The position numbers and the translations under genes were made by a program. A stretch of 64,000 bases of DNA from Emticicia agri (GTDB taxonomy: Bacteria > Bacteroidota > Bacteroidia > Cytophagales > Spirosomataceae): assembly GCA_945860265.1 (NCBI GenBank), contig CAMAQF010000008.1, forward strand, positions 3,810 through 67,809. The letters run 5' to 3'. Below, piece by piece: positions 1 to 10,575 of the stretch. How positions within the stretch are numbered: the first letter of the stretch is position 1; the number at the start of each line of letters is the position of its first letter. Under the pieces are notes generated by a model, which saw only the letters and a list, made by a program, of their open reading frames with translations, was not told where the DNA came from and did not search any database.

Positions 1-2948
1 AAACTGAAACTGTCGAGGTGCTGAGGCTGCTTTTACTACAAACGTATTCGTACTTTTTGCTCCAACTTGAAACTGATTACTATTACCACGAACAACATTA
101 AAGCCAGAATAATTGGCGGCATTTAGCACATTAAAAATATCAGCCGAAAACTCAAAATGCTTCAATAATGTGTATTTTATAGATAAATCGAGCGTATTTG
201 CCCAAGGTAGGCGGTCGATGTTGCGTTTATCACCTGGGCTATAATCGCCAGGGTTAAAGAAATCATTATCACCATTGAGGTCAGTTGTACCATAAATACG
301 AGCATCGGCAATGCGAGTAATTGGCTGGCCACTTTGTATTAAAAATGCAGGCGAAATAACCAAGCCTTTGAGAGGATACCAGAAAAACATCGCATTCATT
401 ACGTGACGGCGGTCGTTTTCGTCATAAGTATATTCGGCTTCGTAATTGTTGGCATCATTGGCTCGTGTATTGATACTACTGGTATTACTTTTGATTAAAG
501 CCAACGAATAACTCAAACGAAAAGCGTATTTATCAGCACCTTTTAGTTTTTGATACACCACATTCATTGCCCAATAACGAGCTTTTCCATCAGTTTCATT
601 CATAAATACATTTCTGGCAATTCCTCTGAGCGTATCTTTTCCAACTATTGCGTATTGCCCTCGACTATCAGCTTTCAATGGCACTGGACGAGTCAAATCA
701 GCTTCGACTACTTTTCTTACTACTACATTTTTTAGGTCATCCAAAGGATAAGCCGATGGTGAATTGATATTGCGAATATAGTATAAATTATTAGTTGCCA
801 CGTAGTTTAAGTCAAGCGAGAAAAGGTGGTCTTCGTCAGCCTTGTTTTGATAACCCATCGAAACTTGGTGCGAATAGGGATTTTGAAAACCATTCGGATT
901 CAGAATTCGGAGGTTATTCGTAAACTGGCGGTCACGTCTTGGTTGCAAATCTGTGTAACTTGGGCCGTTGAGGTAGCTTACATTAGTAGATGTAGCTCGG
1001 ATATTTCCTGGGAAGGTAATTTTGTCAATATCAGCATTCGGGTCTAATTTTCCGAGGCGTTGGAGTTCCTGTAATTGTTTTTTATAGTCAGCCGAAGTGC
1101 TGTTAAATTGCAGGGCATCGCTATAAATAGAATATTTGATTTTATCGGTAAAAATTCCGTAACCACCTCTGATTGTATTTCTCTCATCTATTTTATAGTT
1201 GAAAGCAATTCTTGGAGCTAAATTATTCAAATCACCTTTTTTCCCGCCACCTTTTGTCAAATTATCGTAGTCATAGCGAAGTCCCATTGTAAGGTTTAGT
1301 TTGTTTGTAACCGAAAATAAATCTTCAAAATAAGCACTAAATACATTTTGTCTCGCCCCAAAAGTTGTTGGTCGAAGCTCGACATCATAATTTATCACTC
1401 GTACATCGCTCGGAATATCCTTCACATCAAGGCTCGAATTGATGCCTTTGGCTTTTAGTGCGTCTAATTGTGGTTGTGAAAGTCTCACTACGTAAGTTCC
1501 GTACTGGTTTCCACCACCCAAAAGCGAAAATTCGGATGTGATAAATTCAACCCCCAACTTAAATGAATGTTTGCCTTGACGATAAAAAAACTTTTGTTGG
1601 ATTTGATTGGTGTATTCGGTATCATCAAAAATTGCCCCACTCTGCCCTAAAATTGCGATTGTTGCTCCACTTGGGTCTTGAACGGTGACTGACGGACTGG
1701 TCGGATTGACAGGTTCACGGTAATTCCAGCGGAAATAGGATGTTTGGAAATTGGTTTCTCCTGTCAGATATGAACTCAAAACATACGCATTTTTTATGGC
1801 AACTAAATAAGTACGATTTTTTTGAGCCGAAGCCGCTGAAGGGAATAAATTACCACCTTCAAGGCCACCACCTTGACGGTCAATATCAAAACTGCCATAA
1901 TTTACACGCAAAGAAGATTTGAAACCCTGACTCCAAACTTGCTCAATTTTACCAGAAACATAAGAAAAACGATTGTAGCCCGTCACGGTTTCATTCACGC
2001 CCAATTGCGGAACATTCAATAAATTATCCTTTTTGTCAATTGTCTGTTCAAAATTTAAGTAAAAGAAAGTTTTGTCTTTTTTCAAAGCTCCGCCTATTCC
2101 AAAACCTGCTTGGTCACGCTTGAAACCATCTTTTACTTGATTTCCTGATAAATCTAAAGTGGCAAAAGGCGATTTTGAATCAATCACCGCTCCTGGACGA
2201 GTCAAATAAAATGCTTCGCCAGTGAGTTTATTTGAACCAGACCGACTCGTAACGTTTACAAGACCATTGCTCGTATTACCAAATTCGACTGAATAATTAT
2301 TAGTCAGTACCGAAATACCTTCGGCAAAACCAACGGGTGTATTGAATTTTGCATTTCCGAGAAAACGCTCATTATTATCCATTCCATCAATGAGGTAATT
2401 GGTGAAAGTTCCGCCCAAACCATTAATCGAAACATTCGGAGCTTCGGCGTAGCCAAGAGTGGCTACCGTTAGATTAGGTAATCGAATCAAAGCTCGGGTA
2501 ATATCACGACCTTCAACTGGCAATGCTAGGATTTCTTCTTTGGGAATGATATAAGAAACTTCGGCATTTTGGGTATTCATTTTGGCTCTTTTCGAGTTTG
2601 TGATTCTGACTTCCTCCAAAAGTTCTTCACGAATAGAAGGCAATTCGATGCTTACTTTGGTTGTTTCGCCAGCTTTCAGCGAAATATTACCCAATATGGC
2701 TTCAGCATATTTATCGTTGGCGAATGTATAAATTTTATAGATTTTATTGGTCGATAAATCATTAAATATGACTTTACCAAGCTTGTCAGTCGTTCCAACT
2801 ACTGGTTTTTCATTGACCGACTCAAGATAAACCTCTACACTTTTGATGGGTTTAAGTGTCAATAAATCATTGACTTTTACTTCTAATTTTTCTTGAGCAA
2901 TTGATGTAAACGAATAGATTACAGATAAGATTAGTATGATTTTTTTCA
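1..2948 (-). CDS. TonB-dependent outer membrane receptor with N-terminal carboxypeptidase-regulatory-like domain (C-terminus cut by window edge)
   Basis: Continuous minus-strand reading frame from ATG at 2946-2948 to the window edge. My own translation starts MKKIILILSVIYSFTSIAQEKLEVKVNDLLTLKPIKSVEVYLE (signal peptide plus CarbopepD_reg-like domain). It continues with plug-like text (ILALPVEGRDITRALIRLPNL, NGLGGTFTNYLIDGMDNNE) and a long beta-barrel-like region. The plus-strand ORFs in the track here are antisense artefacts. Confidence 0.85.
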
Positions 2949-3013
2949 TAATAATTAACTTCATATACAGTAATATCGGGGTGTTTTGATTAAATAAAGT
3001 ACAGAGATAAATT

Positions 3014-3032
3014 GCGGACTCAGAAAGTCCGC
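3014..3032 (-). terminator. Hairpin downstream of the DUF2064 gene
   Basis: gcggact-cagaa-agtccgc, a 7-bp stem located 3' of the minus-strand gene ending at 3069, followed by an A/T-rich run on the minus strand. Confidence 0.4.
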
Positions 3033-3068
3033 TTAAAATTGGATAAATTCACATGGCAAAAAGTAATT

Positions 3069-3761
3069 TTAGGCAACGGGAGGTGCTCGTAGGGAAAGTG
3101 AGTGAATCGAACGATTTTCTGTTAAATTCAAATAAAAATCTTGAATTTTTGAAGCAATATGTTCAATGATTTGAAGTAAAAAATCAATGAAATATCGTGA
3201 TGTTGTGTAAGTTTGTAATTCTTGAAAAGTATGAATATCATACAAAGCTTCGAGCATCAGAATACTTTGATTATCAGCTTGTTTGATATAGCTTTCGAGC
3301 ATTTTTTCACTCTGCCAAGCAAGATTCTCGAAAACCTCTGACCTAAAACCTTTGCTCGATATGCCGAGTAAATATACTCCCCCTCGATTATCAGGTCCAA
3401 TAACTGTATCAACTGTTTGGAGTATTTTGGCGGCCGCTAAAATATGATTTTCAACGAGTGCAGGGCAATCATTACCAATACAAATTACTTTTTCAAAACC
3501 TCGCTCGAAAATCACTTGAATAGCTGTCGAAAGTTGCTGTCCGAAGCTAGAATTATTTGGTTTGATTAACTGGCTTGAATAAAAAATTTGCAGATTATTG
3601 GCTTTTGAAACGGCTGCCACAGCTGTAAGTTCTACAAAATGATTCAATTTGTCAAATACCAACTGATTAAATTTTCTCTTTTTTGACGGAGTTAATATTT
3701 TACGATTAGCTTCTTTCGATGCTTCTTGCGTAAAAATCAATATGGCAGTAACTGTTGACAA
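3069..3761 (-). CDS. DUF2064 family protein (TIGR04282-like glycosyltransferase-fold protein)
   Basis: 230-aa ORF with AILIFTQ near the N-terminus and VICIGNDCP, resembling the A-x-LIFAR and IGSDCP signatures of DUF2064. The start codon given in the track is TTG, so the exact start is uncertain. Confidence 0.6.
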   Translation of the reverse strand: MSTVTAILIFTQEASKEANRKILTPSKKRKFNQLVFDKLNHFVELTAVAAVSKANNLQIFYSSQLIKPNNSSFGQQLSTAIQVIFERGFEKVICIGNDCPALVENHILAAAKILQTVDTVIGPDNRGGVYLLGISSKGFRSEVFENLAWQSEKMLESYIKQADNQSILMLEALYDIHTFQELQTYTTSRYFIDFLLQIIEHIASKIQDFYLNLTENRSIHSLSLRAPPVA

Positions 3762-3913
3762 GGTTTTTCTAAGCTTTTCTATAGTCGTTTAACCCACATG
3801 CGTGAATAATTGTTCATTGGTTTTCAAATATGTTCCAAAAAGTTGCCGCAAGGATACAAAACATTCATTTAGATATTCTTGCGGTATCAAAGGCTTTAAG
3901 GTCGTAACTAATT

Positions 3914-4714
3914 TTATTTACTATATTTTGAAATATGTTCTTTGATTTTAGTAGTACGGTTTTCAGGACTTGGGTGCGTACTCATAAATTCGTAACCTTT
4001 CTGTCCGCCGCCTGCTTCGGCCAAAATCTCCATTACTTTAATCATCGAATTGGGGTTGTAGCCAGCTTTTATCATGTATTGTACTCCAAACTCGTCAGAT
4101 TGTAGCTCGTCATTACGCCCAAATTTCATTTCTTGAATCTGTGCTACATACTGAGCGATTTGTCCACCGCCCATACCTGTTCCGTCAGAAGTCGCCGTTG
4201 CCACAGCACCTACCAGTCCATTATAAAAATCCGATTTAGCCATTTGTTGTGCCGAATGACGATGAATGACGTGTCCAATTTCATGTCCTAATACACCAGC
4301 TAATTGATCTTCTGATTTTAATTTTTTTAGAAGTCCAACCGTTATAAAAATCTGTCCGCCTGGTAAAGCGAAAGCATTAATAGTTTGGTCATCGGCCAAA
4401 ACATGAAAATCAAATTGAAAAGGAATACTGATTCCTTTTACTTTGGCTTCATCATCGACTTGTTTTATTAATTTATATCCTACTGCTTTGGCTTGCTGCT
4501 GTACTTCATTGTCATTATAAAGACCGCCGTATTCTTGTGCCATTTGCGGAGCAGACTGCAAGCCCATCACTACTTCTTGCTGTGGCGTGAGGTCGATATG
4601 TTGCTTTTCGCCCGTTATTGGGTTTACTTGGTTTTTGCTGTAATAGCTTATCAAGGCCACAATCGCCATGACTACGCCAATAAAAAGTCTGAATTTTAAA
4701 CCCGAAGACCGCAT
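3914..4714 (-). CDS. M48 family zinc metallopeptidase, membrane anchored
   Basis: N-terminal TM segment, HEIGHVIHRH (HExxH) and a downstream ELQSDEFG third-ligand region typical of peptidase M48. Confidence 0.8.
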   Translation of the reverse strand: MRSSGLKFRLFIGVVMAIVALISYYSKNQVNPITGEKQHIDLTPQQEVVMGLQSAPQMAQEYGGLYNDNEVQQQAKAVGYKLIKQVDDEAKVKGISIPFQFDFHVLADDQTINAFALPGGQIFITVGLLKKLKSEDQLAGVLGHEIGHVIHRHSAQQMAKSDFYNGLVGAVATATSDGTGMGGGQIAQYVAQIQEMKFGRNDELQSDEFGVQYMIKAGYNPNSMIKVMEILAEAGGGQKGYEFMSTHPSPENRTTKIKEHISKYSK

Positions 4715-4809
4715 GATTTATTGAATTTACGATTTACAAATTATATTTTTGTATTATTAAACTAACAATGATCTATCAAGAAACATACCACTGGCGTTTT
4801 TCTCAAAAA

Positions 4810-5958
4810 TTATTTCAGTATTGATAAAGCGGCATCAATATATGTAAAGTTTTCGGGCTGGAAATGATGCACGGGTTTAGTTACTTTTGTCTCGCCCAAA
4901 CGCACAATTATAGCGTTTTTCTCTCGAATCGTATATACATATTGTCCAAAAAGACCATTCATGGACGGAATCGAAAAACCTCTGTGATTGAATACCCAAA
5001 ACTGAAAACCATAAAAATCAACTAGTTTACCGCCTTCGGTTGGTTCTTTTAAATAACTTGCAGGCGAAATTGCCGCTTTCATGTAATCTTCGGGAACAAG
5101 CTGTTTGTCTTTCCATTTGCCATTTGTACGCATCAATTCTCCAAAACGAGCGTAGTCACGGGCCACTCCATTGAAACAGCAAAAGGCTTTTTCGTGCTTA
5201 CTATCTCCATCCAAGAGCCATTTTGCATCGTTTTCTGCTCCCATTGGTTTCATAAAATACTCGGAGGTTAGTTCTGAAATATTCTTCCCAAAGGCTTTTT
5301 CAACTAAAAGCCCCAACACTTGTGTATCGCCGCTACGATATTCCCAATTTACGCCCGCTGGCTCTTTTGCTTCCATTAGATTTACAACATATTCTTGGTC
5401 ATCGGCATAATACATCTTTGCTGCAAGGCCCATGTAGCTTTGGTCACTTTCTTTGTAGCTTGTTCCAGAACTCATCGTTAACAAATCCTTGATTCTTATT
5501 TTTGCCAAATCTCCTTCTTTAAAATGCGGAACGTAATTACCAACTGGTTCATCGAGTGACTTTATTTTCCCTTCGCCTACACCAATACCTACAAGCATCG
5601 AAATGATACTTTTCGCCGCCGAAAACGAACCACTAATACTATCTTTTGTGTATCCATCGAAGTATTTTTCGTAGATAATTTTACCATCTTGAATTACCAA
5701 AAAGGCATGGGTATTATTAGAATCAATCTTCGCCAAAAGCGAATCTGTAAGCTCAATTTTATTGTAAAGAGAATCGTGCGGCCAAACCTGCGGGGCATCA
5801 CCATTTTCGATATTGCGAGATGGGTGCGTACGAAAATCAAAAATAGAATGTTTTCCCCATGCAATAAAATTTCGGACATGGTCAAACGCCGGAAGGTATA
5901 GCGTACCGGTTAATAAAATGGCAGTTAGCGAAACGCCAATGAGAGATTTTTTTAACAT
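4810..5958 (-). CDS. Serine hydrolase, beta-lactamase/transpeptidase-like family
   Basis: 382 aa with a signal/anchor and a SAAK (S-x-x-K) motif in GSFSAAKSIISMLVG. Overall class C beta-lactamase-like layout. Confidence 0.75.
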   Translation of the reverse strand: MLKKSLIGVSLTAILLTGTLYLPAFDHVRNFIAWGKHSIFDFRTHPSRNIENGDAPQVWPHDSLYNKIELTDSLLAKIDSNNTHAFLVIQDGKIIYEKYFDGYTKDSISGSFSAAKSIISMLVGIGVGEGKIKSLDEPVGNYVPHFKEGDLAKIRIKDLLTMSSGTSYKESDQSYMGLAAKMYYADDQEYVVNLMEAKEPAGVNWEYRSGDTQVLGLLVEKAFGKNISELTSEYFMKPMGAENDAKWLLDGDSKHEKAFCCFNGVARDYARFGELMRTNGKWKDKQLVPEDYMKAAISPASYLKEPTEGGKLVDFYGFQFWVFNHRGFSIPSMNGLFGQYVYTIREKNAIIVRLGETKVTKPVHHFQPENFTYIDAALSILK

Positions 5959-6239
5959 TATTTTACATACTAGTTTTTTGTTAAATAGCGATCAGTAAAG
6001 TTAGTGTTTTTATTAAAATATTTGCAAAATTTAACTTATCAAAAGTTTTATTTAAAAGAATCTTGACTATCAAGTATTTAGAAAAAAAATTGAAATTATC
6101 TGAAACATTCGTTGCTAAAAAACAATTATTTAAGTATATTTGAAATAGAATATTACTTTTAAGCAATGTCCCAAATATAAGAAAACATAAATAATTGGCG
6201 AAGAACCCCCGACCAATAAACTCCAAAACTAAAATTCCA

Positions 6240-7226
6240 ATGACCGACGCTGAACTATTACAAGTTGAACCACTTCTTATTGAGGAAAAAACTCGTTTTG
6301 TTCTTTTCCCTATCAAACACGATGATATTTGGGAATATTTTAAAAAACACGAGGCATCTTTTTGGACTGCCGAAGAGATTGACCTTTCGCCAGATTTGCA
6401 AGACTGGGCTAGATTAAATGACGGTGAACGCCATTTTATTTCGCACGTGCTTGCATTCTTTGCTGCCTCTGATGGCATCGTAAACGAAAATTTGGCAGTA
6501 AATTTCATTTCTCGTATTCAATTTGCTGAAGCAAAATGTTTCTATGGGTTCCAGATTATGATGGAAAATATCCACTCTGAAACATATTCACTGCTGATTG
6601 ATACATATATTAAAGACCCAATTGAGCGTGACAAAATGCTTAATGCCGTTGATCATATTCCGTGCGTTAAGAAAAAAGCAGATTGGGCTTTGAAATGGAT
6701 TGATAATGGAAACTTTATCGACCGTTTATTAGCATTTGCGGTTGTAGAAGGCATTTTCTTCTCAGGCTCATTCTGCTCAATCTTTTGGATGAAAAAACGT
6801 GGTTTGATGCCAGGACTTACGTTTTCAAATGAGCTTATCTCTCGTGATGAAGGTTTACACCGCGATTTTGCTTGTTTACTTTATACACAATACATTCAGA
6901 ATAAATATCCAGCCGATAAAGTGTATGATTTGGTACGCGATGCTGTTGAAATCGAAAAAGAATTCGTAACTGATGCTTTACCCGTTTCTTTGATTGGTAT
7001 GAATTCTGAATTGATGTGCCAATACATCGAGTTCGTAGCCGACCACTTGCTCGAATCTCTAGGTTTAGACAAAACTTACAACGCTACCAATCCATTTGAT
7101 TTTATGGACATGATTTCGTTGCAAGGCAAAACCAATTTCTTTGAGAAACGTGTGGGCGAATACCAAAAGTCGGGCGTTATGTCACAAAAGAGCGAGATGG
7201 CTTTCTCATTAGATGAAGAATTTTGA
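6240..7226 (+). CDS. nrdB: Class Ia ribonucleoside-diphosphate reductase beta subunit (R2)
   Basis: [39 protein letters not shown] and [15 protein letters not shown] are hallmark R2 di-iron/tyrosyl radical motifs. The track ORF starts at a TTG (6195); the first ATG (MTDAELL) is at 6240. Confidence 0.9.
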   Translation: MTDAELLQVEPLLIEEKTRFVLFPIKHDDIWEYFKKHEASFWTAEEIDLSPDLQDWARLNDGERHFISHVLAFFAASDGIVNENLAVNFISRIQFAEAKCFYGFQIMMENIHSETYSLLIDTYIKDPIERDKMLNAVDHIPCVKKKADWALKWIDNGNFIDRLLAFAVVEGIFFSGSFCSIFWMKKRGLMPGLTFSNELISRDEGLHRDFACLLYTQYIQNKYPADKVYDLVRDAVEIEKEFVTDALPVSLIGMNSELMCQYIEFVADHLLESLGLDKTYNATNPFDFMDMISLQGKTNFFEKRVGEYQKSGVMSQKSEMAFSLDEEF

Positions 7227-7247
7227 TTTTCAACCAAAATTGGCTAC

Positions 7248-7282
7248 AAAAAAGGCTGCAAATTTGATTTACAGCCTTTTTT
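7248..7282. terminator. Bidirectional rho-independent terminator after nrdB
   Basis: aaaaaaggctg / cagcctttttt stem with an A-run before and a T-run after. Confidence 0.7.
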
Positions 7283-7292
7283 GTAGGACATA

Positions 7293-7333
7293 TTTTCAAC
7301 CTGTCGATTGCGAAAACATAAACAGGTTGAAAA
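7293..7333 (-). terminator. Hairpin immediately 3' of the Uma2 gene
   Basis: ttttcaacctgt ... acaggttgaaaa, a 12-bp perfect stem with a 17-nt loop. Confidence 0.5.
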
Positions 7334-7339
7334 CCTATC

Positions 7340-7966
7340 TTAATTTGTAAATTTTACTTTCTTATAAATATCTTTTACCGCTATTTCTTTTCCATCAATC
7401 TGCATTCTATCATTATCATTATAAAAATCTTGATTAAGCCAAATATTTGGATTTTCGGAGCGTAAAAAATTCATCACTCCCAACTCTTTTTGACTCACGA
7501 AAATTATTTGTTTTAAACTCGGAAAAGATTTATACTCGTGAAGTTTTTCGGTTATATCAAAAACCTCGGTTGCCTTTGATAAAACCTCTACAATTATATA
7601 AGGATTCGTAATAATTGCTGTAGAATTTGCCTTAAAAATTGGCTCACCTTTCAAAACCAACACATCAGGCATATAATAACCTCCTTCAAATTTTGGAATC
7701 TGAACGCCTGAATTGCTCCCCAATACATAGTGTTCGTCGCTGTCTGAAAATAGAATATTTAAAATTGCCCCTATGTTCATAACAAGGGTTTCGTGCCAAA
7801 AAGATGTTAATCCCATTGTAATTATTTCGCTTTTGTGGTATTCTACTTTAAAAGGTAATTTACTTGCCATATCTAAATAATCCTCTTCCGATGCAGGAAT
7901 ACAGACAATCTCTTTGGTTTGCAACTCCTCCATAATAGTTTCTTTGATGCTCTTTGCGGCTACCAT
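7340..7966 (-). CDS. Uma2 family endonuclease (DUF820)
   Basis: EDYLDMASKLPFKVEYHKSEIITM ... YYMPDVLVLKGEP matches the Uma2/DUF820 PD-(D/E)xK-like pattern. The ATG at 7964-7966 (MVAAKS) is preferred over the longer track ORF (to 8014). Confidence 0.7.
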   Translation of the reverse strand: MVAAKSIKETIMEELQTKEIVCIPASEEDYLDMASKLPFKVEYHKSEIITMGLTSFWHETLVMNIGAILNILFSDSDEHYVLGSNSGVQIPKFEGGYYMPDVLVLKGEPIFKANSTAIITNPYIIVEVLSKATEVFDITEKLHEYKSFPSLKQIIFVSQKELGVMNFLRSENPNIWLNQDFYNDNDRMQIDGKEIAVKDIYKKVKFTN

Positions 7967-8040
7967 AATCGTTGAATTTTTATCAAATATATAAAAAAAG
8001 CATACCATAGACAACCCTCATCAGCATTTTTGGGTATCTC

Positions 8041-8979
8041 TCATATCTCCACCACAAAGTGCCTCCCATTTGATTGAGGAAGAAAAGCCTCAACGCCAGT
8101 TTTTATTTCTTCGGCCAAAACTTCGAGCAGTTTAGTTTTCACAAAATGGCGATAGGTAACCAAACTTATTTCACGCACAGGTATGGGGGCTCTAAACTCT
8201 CGTATTTGCTTTTTTTGTTTTTCGCTGAAATTTATTACGGCCAATTCTGGCACAACCGTAATTCCATTATTCATTTCAACGATTTTTAGTAGTGATTCTA
8301 TACTTCCAGCTTCGTATTCAAGATTACTAAAATCGGATTTTTTCTTACGCAATTCACACAAATTCATCATTTGCGAACGAAGACAATGACCTTCCTCGAG
8401 CAACCAAAGGCGATTTACGTCGATTTCTTCGGGCAAAATAAACTTTTTCTTGAGCGTAGTTTCTTTATTCGATACAAAAACTACCAGTTTTTCGTAAAAA
8501 AGTGGATATTCTTTCAAGCCTTCAATATTGATAGGCGTTGCCAAAATTCCGACATCAAGATGGTCTTTTTCCAATTGCTCAATAATTTGGTCTGTGTTTA
8601 GTTCGCTGACTTTTACTTTTAGTTGCGGATTATTTTTCAATAAATTATATAAAAACAGTGGCAAAAGATAAGGTGCAAGTGTCGGAATAATACCGATTCG
8701 GATTTTTCCTTTTACTTCGGCTTTCGTATCATTGGCGATTTGTTTTAGGTAGGCCGTTTCCTTCAAAATCACCTTTGCTTGTTTTATAATTCCTTTGCCT
8801 GTTTCGGTCGGTACGACTGGTTGTTTACTTCTATCAAATAAAATTACCTCTAATTCTTCTTCGAGTTTTTTAATCATCATACTCAACGTTGCTTGCGTAA
8901 CACAACATTCATCGGCCGCTCTCTGAAAATGACGGTGTTTATCAACCGCTACTATGTATTCTAATTGCTGAAGATTCAT
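8041..8979 (-). CDS. oxyR: LysR-family redox regulator, OxyR-like
   Basis: N-terminal wHTH (MNLQQLEYIVAVDKHRHFQRAADECCVTQATLSMMIKKLEEEL). EEGHCLRSQMMNLC places two Cys 9 residues apart, like OxyR C199/C208. Confidence 0.8.
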   Translation of the reverse strand: MNLQQLEYIVAVDKHRHFQRAADECCVTQATLSMMIKKLEEELEVILFDRSKQPVVPTETGKGIIKQAKVILKETAYLKQIANDTKAEVKGKIRIGIIPTLAPYLLPLFLYNLLKNNPQLKVKVSELNTDQIIEQLEKDHLDVGILATPINIEGLKEYPLFYEKLVVFVSNKETTLKKKFILPEEIDVNRLWLLEEGHCLRSQMMNLCELRKKKSDFSNLEYEAGSIESLLKIVEMNNGITVVPELAVINFSEKQKKQIREFRAPIPVREISLVTYRHFVKTKLLEVLAEEIKTGVEAFLPQSNGRHFVVEI

Positions 8980-9230
8980 TGATATTTAAATTAGATTTCA
9001 TCTATACAAATGTAAAAAACATAAATTTCACTTAACAAGTTTTTTAAGTGAATAAAATAAGCAAAATCGACTTCAAAAAAATCTTTAATTTTTCTGTGAC
9101 TAACTCGTCTTAAACAAAGATCTATATAAAATACAAAAAGATGATTAGGTTTATGGCAAAATCAATAATAGAGATTCAGAAATTATGATGAAAACGATAC
9201 GTGGCGATTTGCTTATTCGAAATATAAATT

Positions 9231-9262
9231 AAAAAAACACCTAGTCGAAATTCGGCTAGGTG
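9231..9262 (-). terminator. Orphan intrinsic terminator oriented leftwards (no ORF upstream on that strand)
   Basis: cacctagtcg-aaatt-cggctaggtg, a 10-bp stem with one G-U pair. It is preceded on the plus strand by aaaaaaa, which is a U-run on the minus strand. Confidence 0.45.
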
Positions 9263-9475
9263 CATACTGTTACAGTTTAGGGTAGGTATTAATATCTTTT
9301 TTTTGGCTTAGTGTTGAACAATTTCGCTGTAATATTAAATTTCTTATTGGATAAATGCAAATAAAGTAGAATAGAATTTATAAAACTTCTTGCATTTAAT
9401 TTATGAACTCTCCGTTTGGTGAGTAACAATTAGCCATTAAAACAGTTGTTATATTGAAATAAATACTATTTTATC

Positions 9476-9949
9476 ATGCCAAAGTCTTTACTGAAATATA
9501 AAAATTACGACGTCCACTCGATTACGACAATTCATGAAGAAAACTCTAATGCGAATATAGCAACGTGGGTTATGCAAACAGCTATGGGTGGAAAAATGGT
9601 CTGTGTAGCTCTTTATAAAGTTGATTATACCATCGAACTTGTGAGAGCATCTAAGATACTAAATATTAACCTACTACATACAGGGCAGACAAGTCTGATT
9701 AATAAGCTAGGGCGGCGTAGTGGAAAGGATAGTGATAAATTAAAAACCCTAAAATTTGAATTCGATAATCGAGGTTGCCCATTTTTAACAGAAGCAATTG
9801 GCTATATTCAATGCAAGGTTTTACATTCAACCGATGCTGGCGACCATGAACTTTTTGTCTGTGAAGTACAAAAACAGGTGGTATTAAACCCTGAAAAAGA
9901 AGTAATGACCAATAATTTTTTGAGGGAAAAAGGCTTAGTTCGTGGATAA
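9476..9949 (+). CDS. Flavin reductase-like domain protein (FMN-binding split barrel)
   Basis: 157 aa. HSITTIHEENSNANIATWVMQ ... GDHELFVCEV resembles the flavin reductase-like domain pattern. Confidence 0.6.
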   Translation: MPKSLLKYKNYDVHSITTIHEENSNANIATWVMQTAMGGKMVCVALYKVDYTIELVRASKILNINLLHTGQTSLINKLGRRSGKDSDKLKTLKFEFDNRGCPFLTEAIGYIQCKVLHSTDAGDHELFVCEVQKQVVLNPEKEVMTNNFLREKGLVRG

Positions 9950-10067
9950 ATAATAAAGCCTTTTTGGATTTATCTCGTATGCAGTTTTAAAAAACATAAA
10001 GCTGAAAGTATGAGACTCAATAATCTTTTTATATGTACAATTTTGTTGCTTTTTACGCAAAAAAACT

Positions 10068-10098
10068 ATCAATTATCGCACCCTCACGATAATTGATA
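10068..10098. repeat. Perfect 11-bp inverted repeat spanning the stop codon of the NPCBM fragment
   Basis: atcaattatcg-cacccctca-like loop-cgataattgat (atcaattatcg 10068-10078, cgataattgat 10088-10098). Confidence 0.5.
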
Positions 10099-10503
10099 AT
10101 AATTATCAATTGGGGCTACACCAGCTAAATTGGATGGCGTAGTTGGCGGTATGTTTTCTACCGAAAATTTAGCATCAGCCCAATCTCCATGGTCGCAAAA
10201 AGCATTATCTCCAGATGTATCAGTAATTAATTTGAGTTGGTCGGTATTACTTATATTAAGATTTACATTTATCGTTGCTGATGAAGGATACAAGGTCGGG
10301 CTTATATAGGCCAAATTATTATCTTTAAATAGTTTAAAAATAACAATTCCACAGGTTCCATACGAAATCTCATCATCGATACCAATTTTTGCCCTAAATG
10401 TATTGTATTGATTGAGGCTCAAATTATTGATTACTTCCGAATTAGCGTGTGTCCTAAGTCCTTTTTCATAAGTTATGCCATTGAGTGTTAGCGCGTACTG
10501 CCA
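10084..10503 (-). pseudogene. NPCBM (GH98-type carbohydrate-binding module) fragment, gene relic
   Basis: The frame is open from 10503, directly after an in-frame TGA. It reads WQYALTLNGITYEKGLRTHANSEVINNLSLNQYNTFRAKIGIDDE...GDNAFCDHGDWADAKF, which is the C-terminal two-thirds of an NPCBM domain. There is no signal peptide and no catalytic domain, and only about 70 nt remain to the neighbouring gene. Confidence 0.5.
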
Positions 10504-10575
10504 TCATATTTAAAAATAAGTTTCTCTATAGATATAGTATAGGACAAAGGTCTAAAAAGATAAGTTGCTTTTACC

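Noticed and set aside
6240-7339. nrdB without an adjacent nrdA alpha subunit as a possible anomaly.
   Set aside because: Two clean hairpins follow nrdB and the gene looks intact. Split nrdA/nrdB loci are common enough that this is not informative without the rest of the genome.
7340-8014. Uma2 endonuclease as part of a restriction or defence island.
   Set aside because: It is a single gene flanked by nrdB and oxyR. There is no methyltransferase, helicase, ATPase or other defence-type partner nearby.
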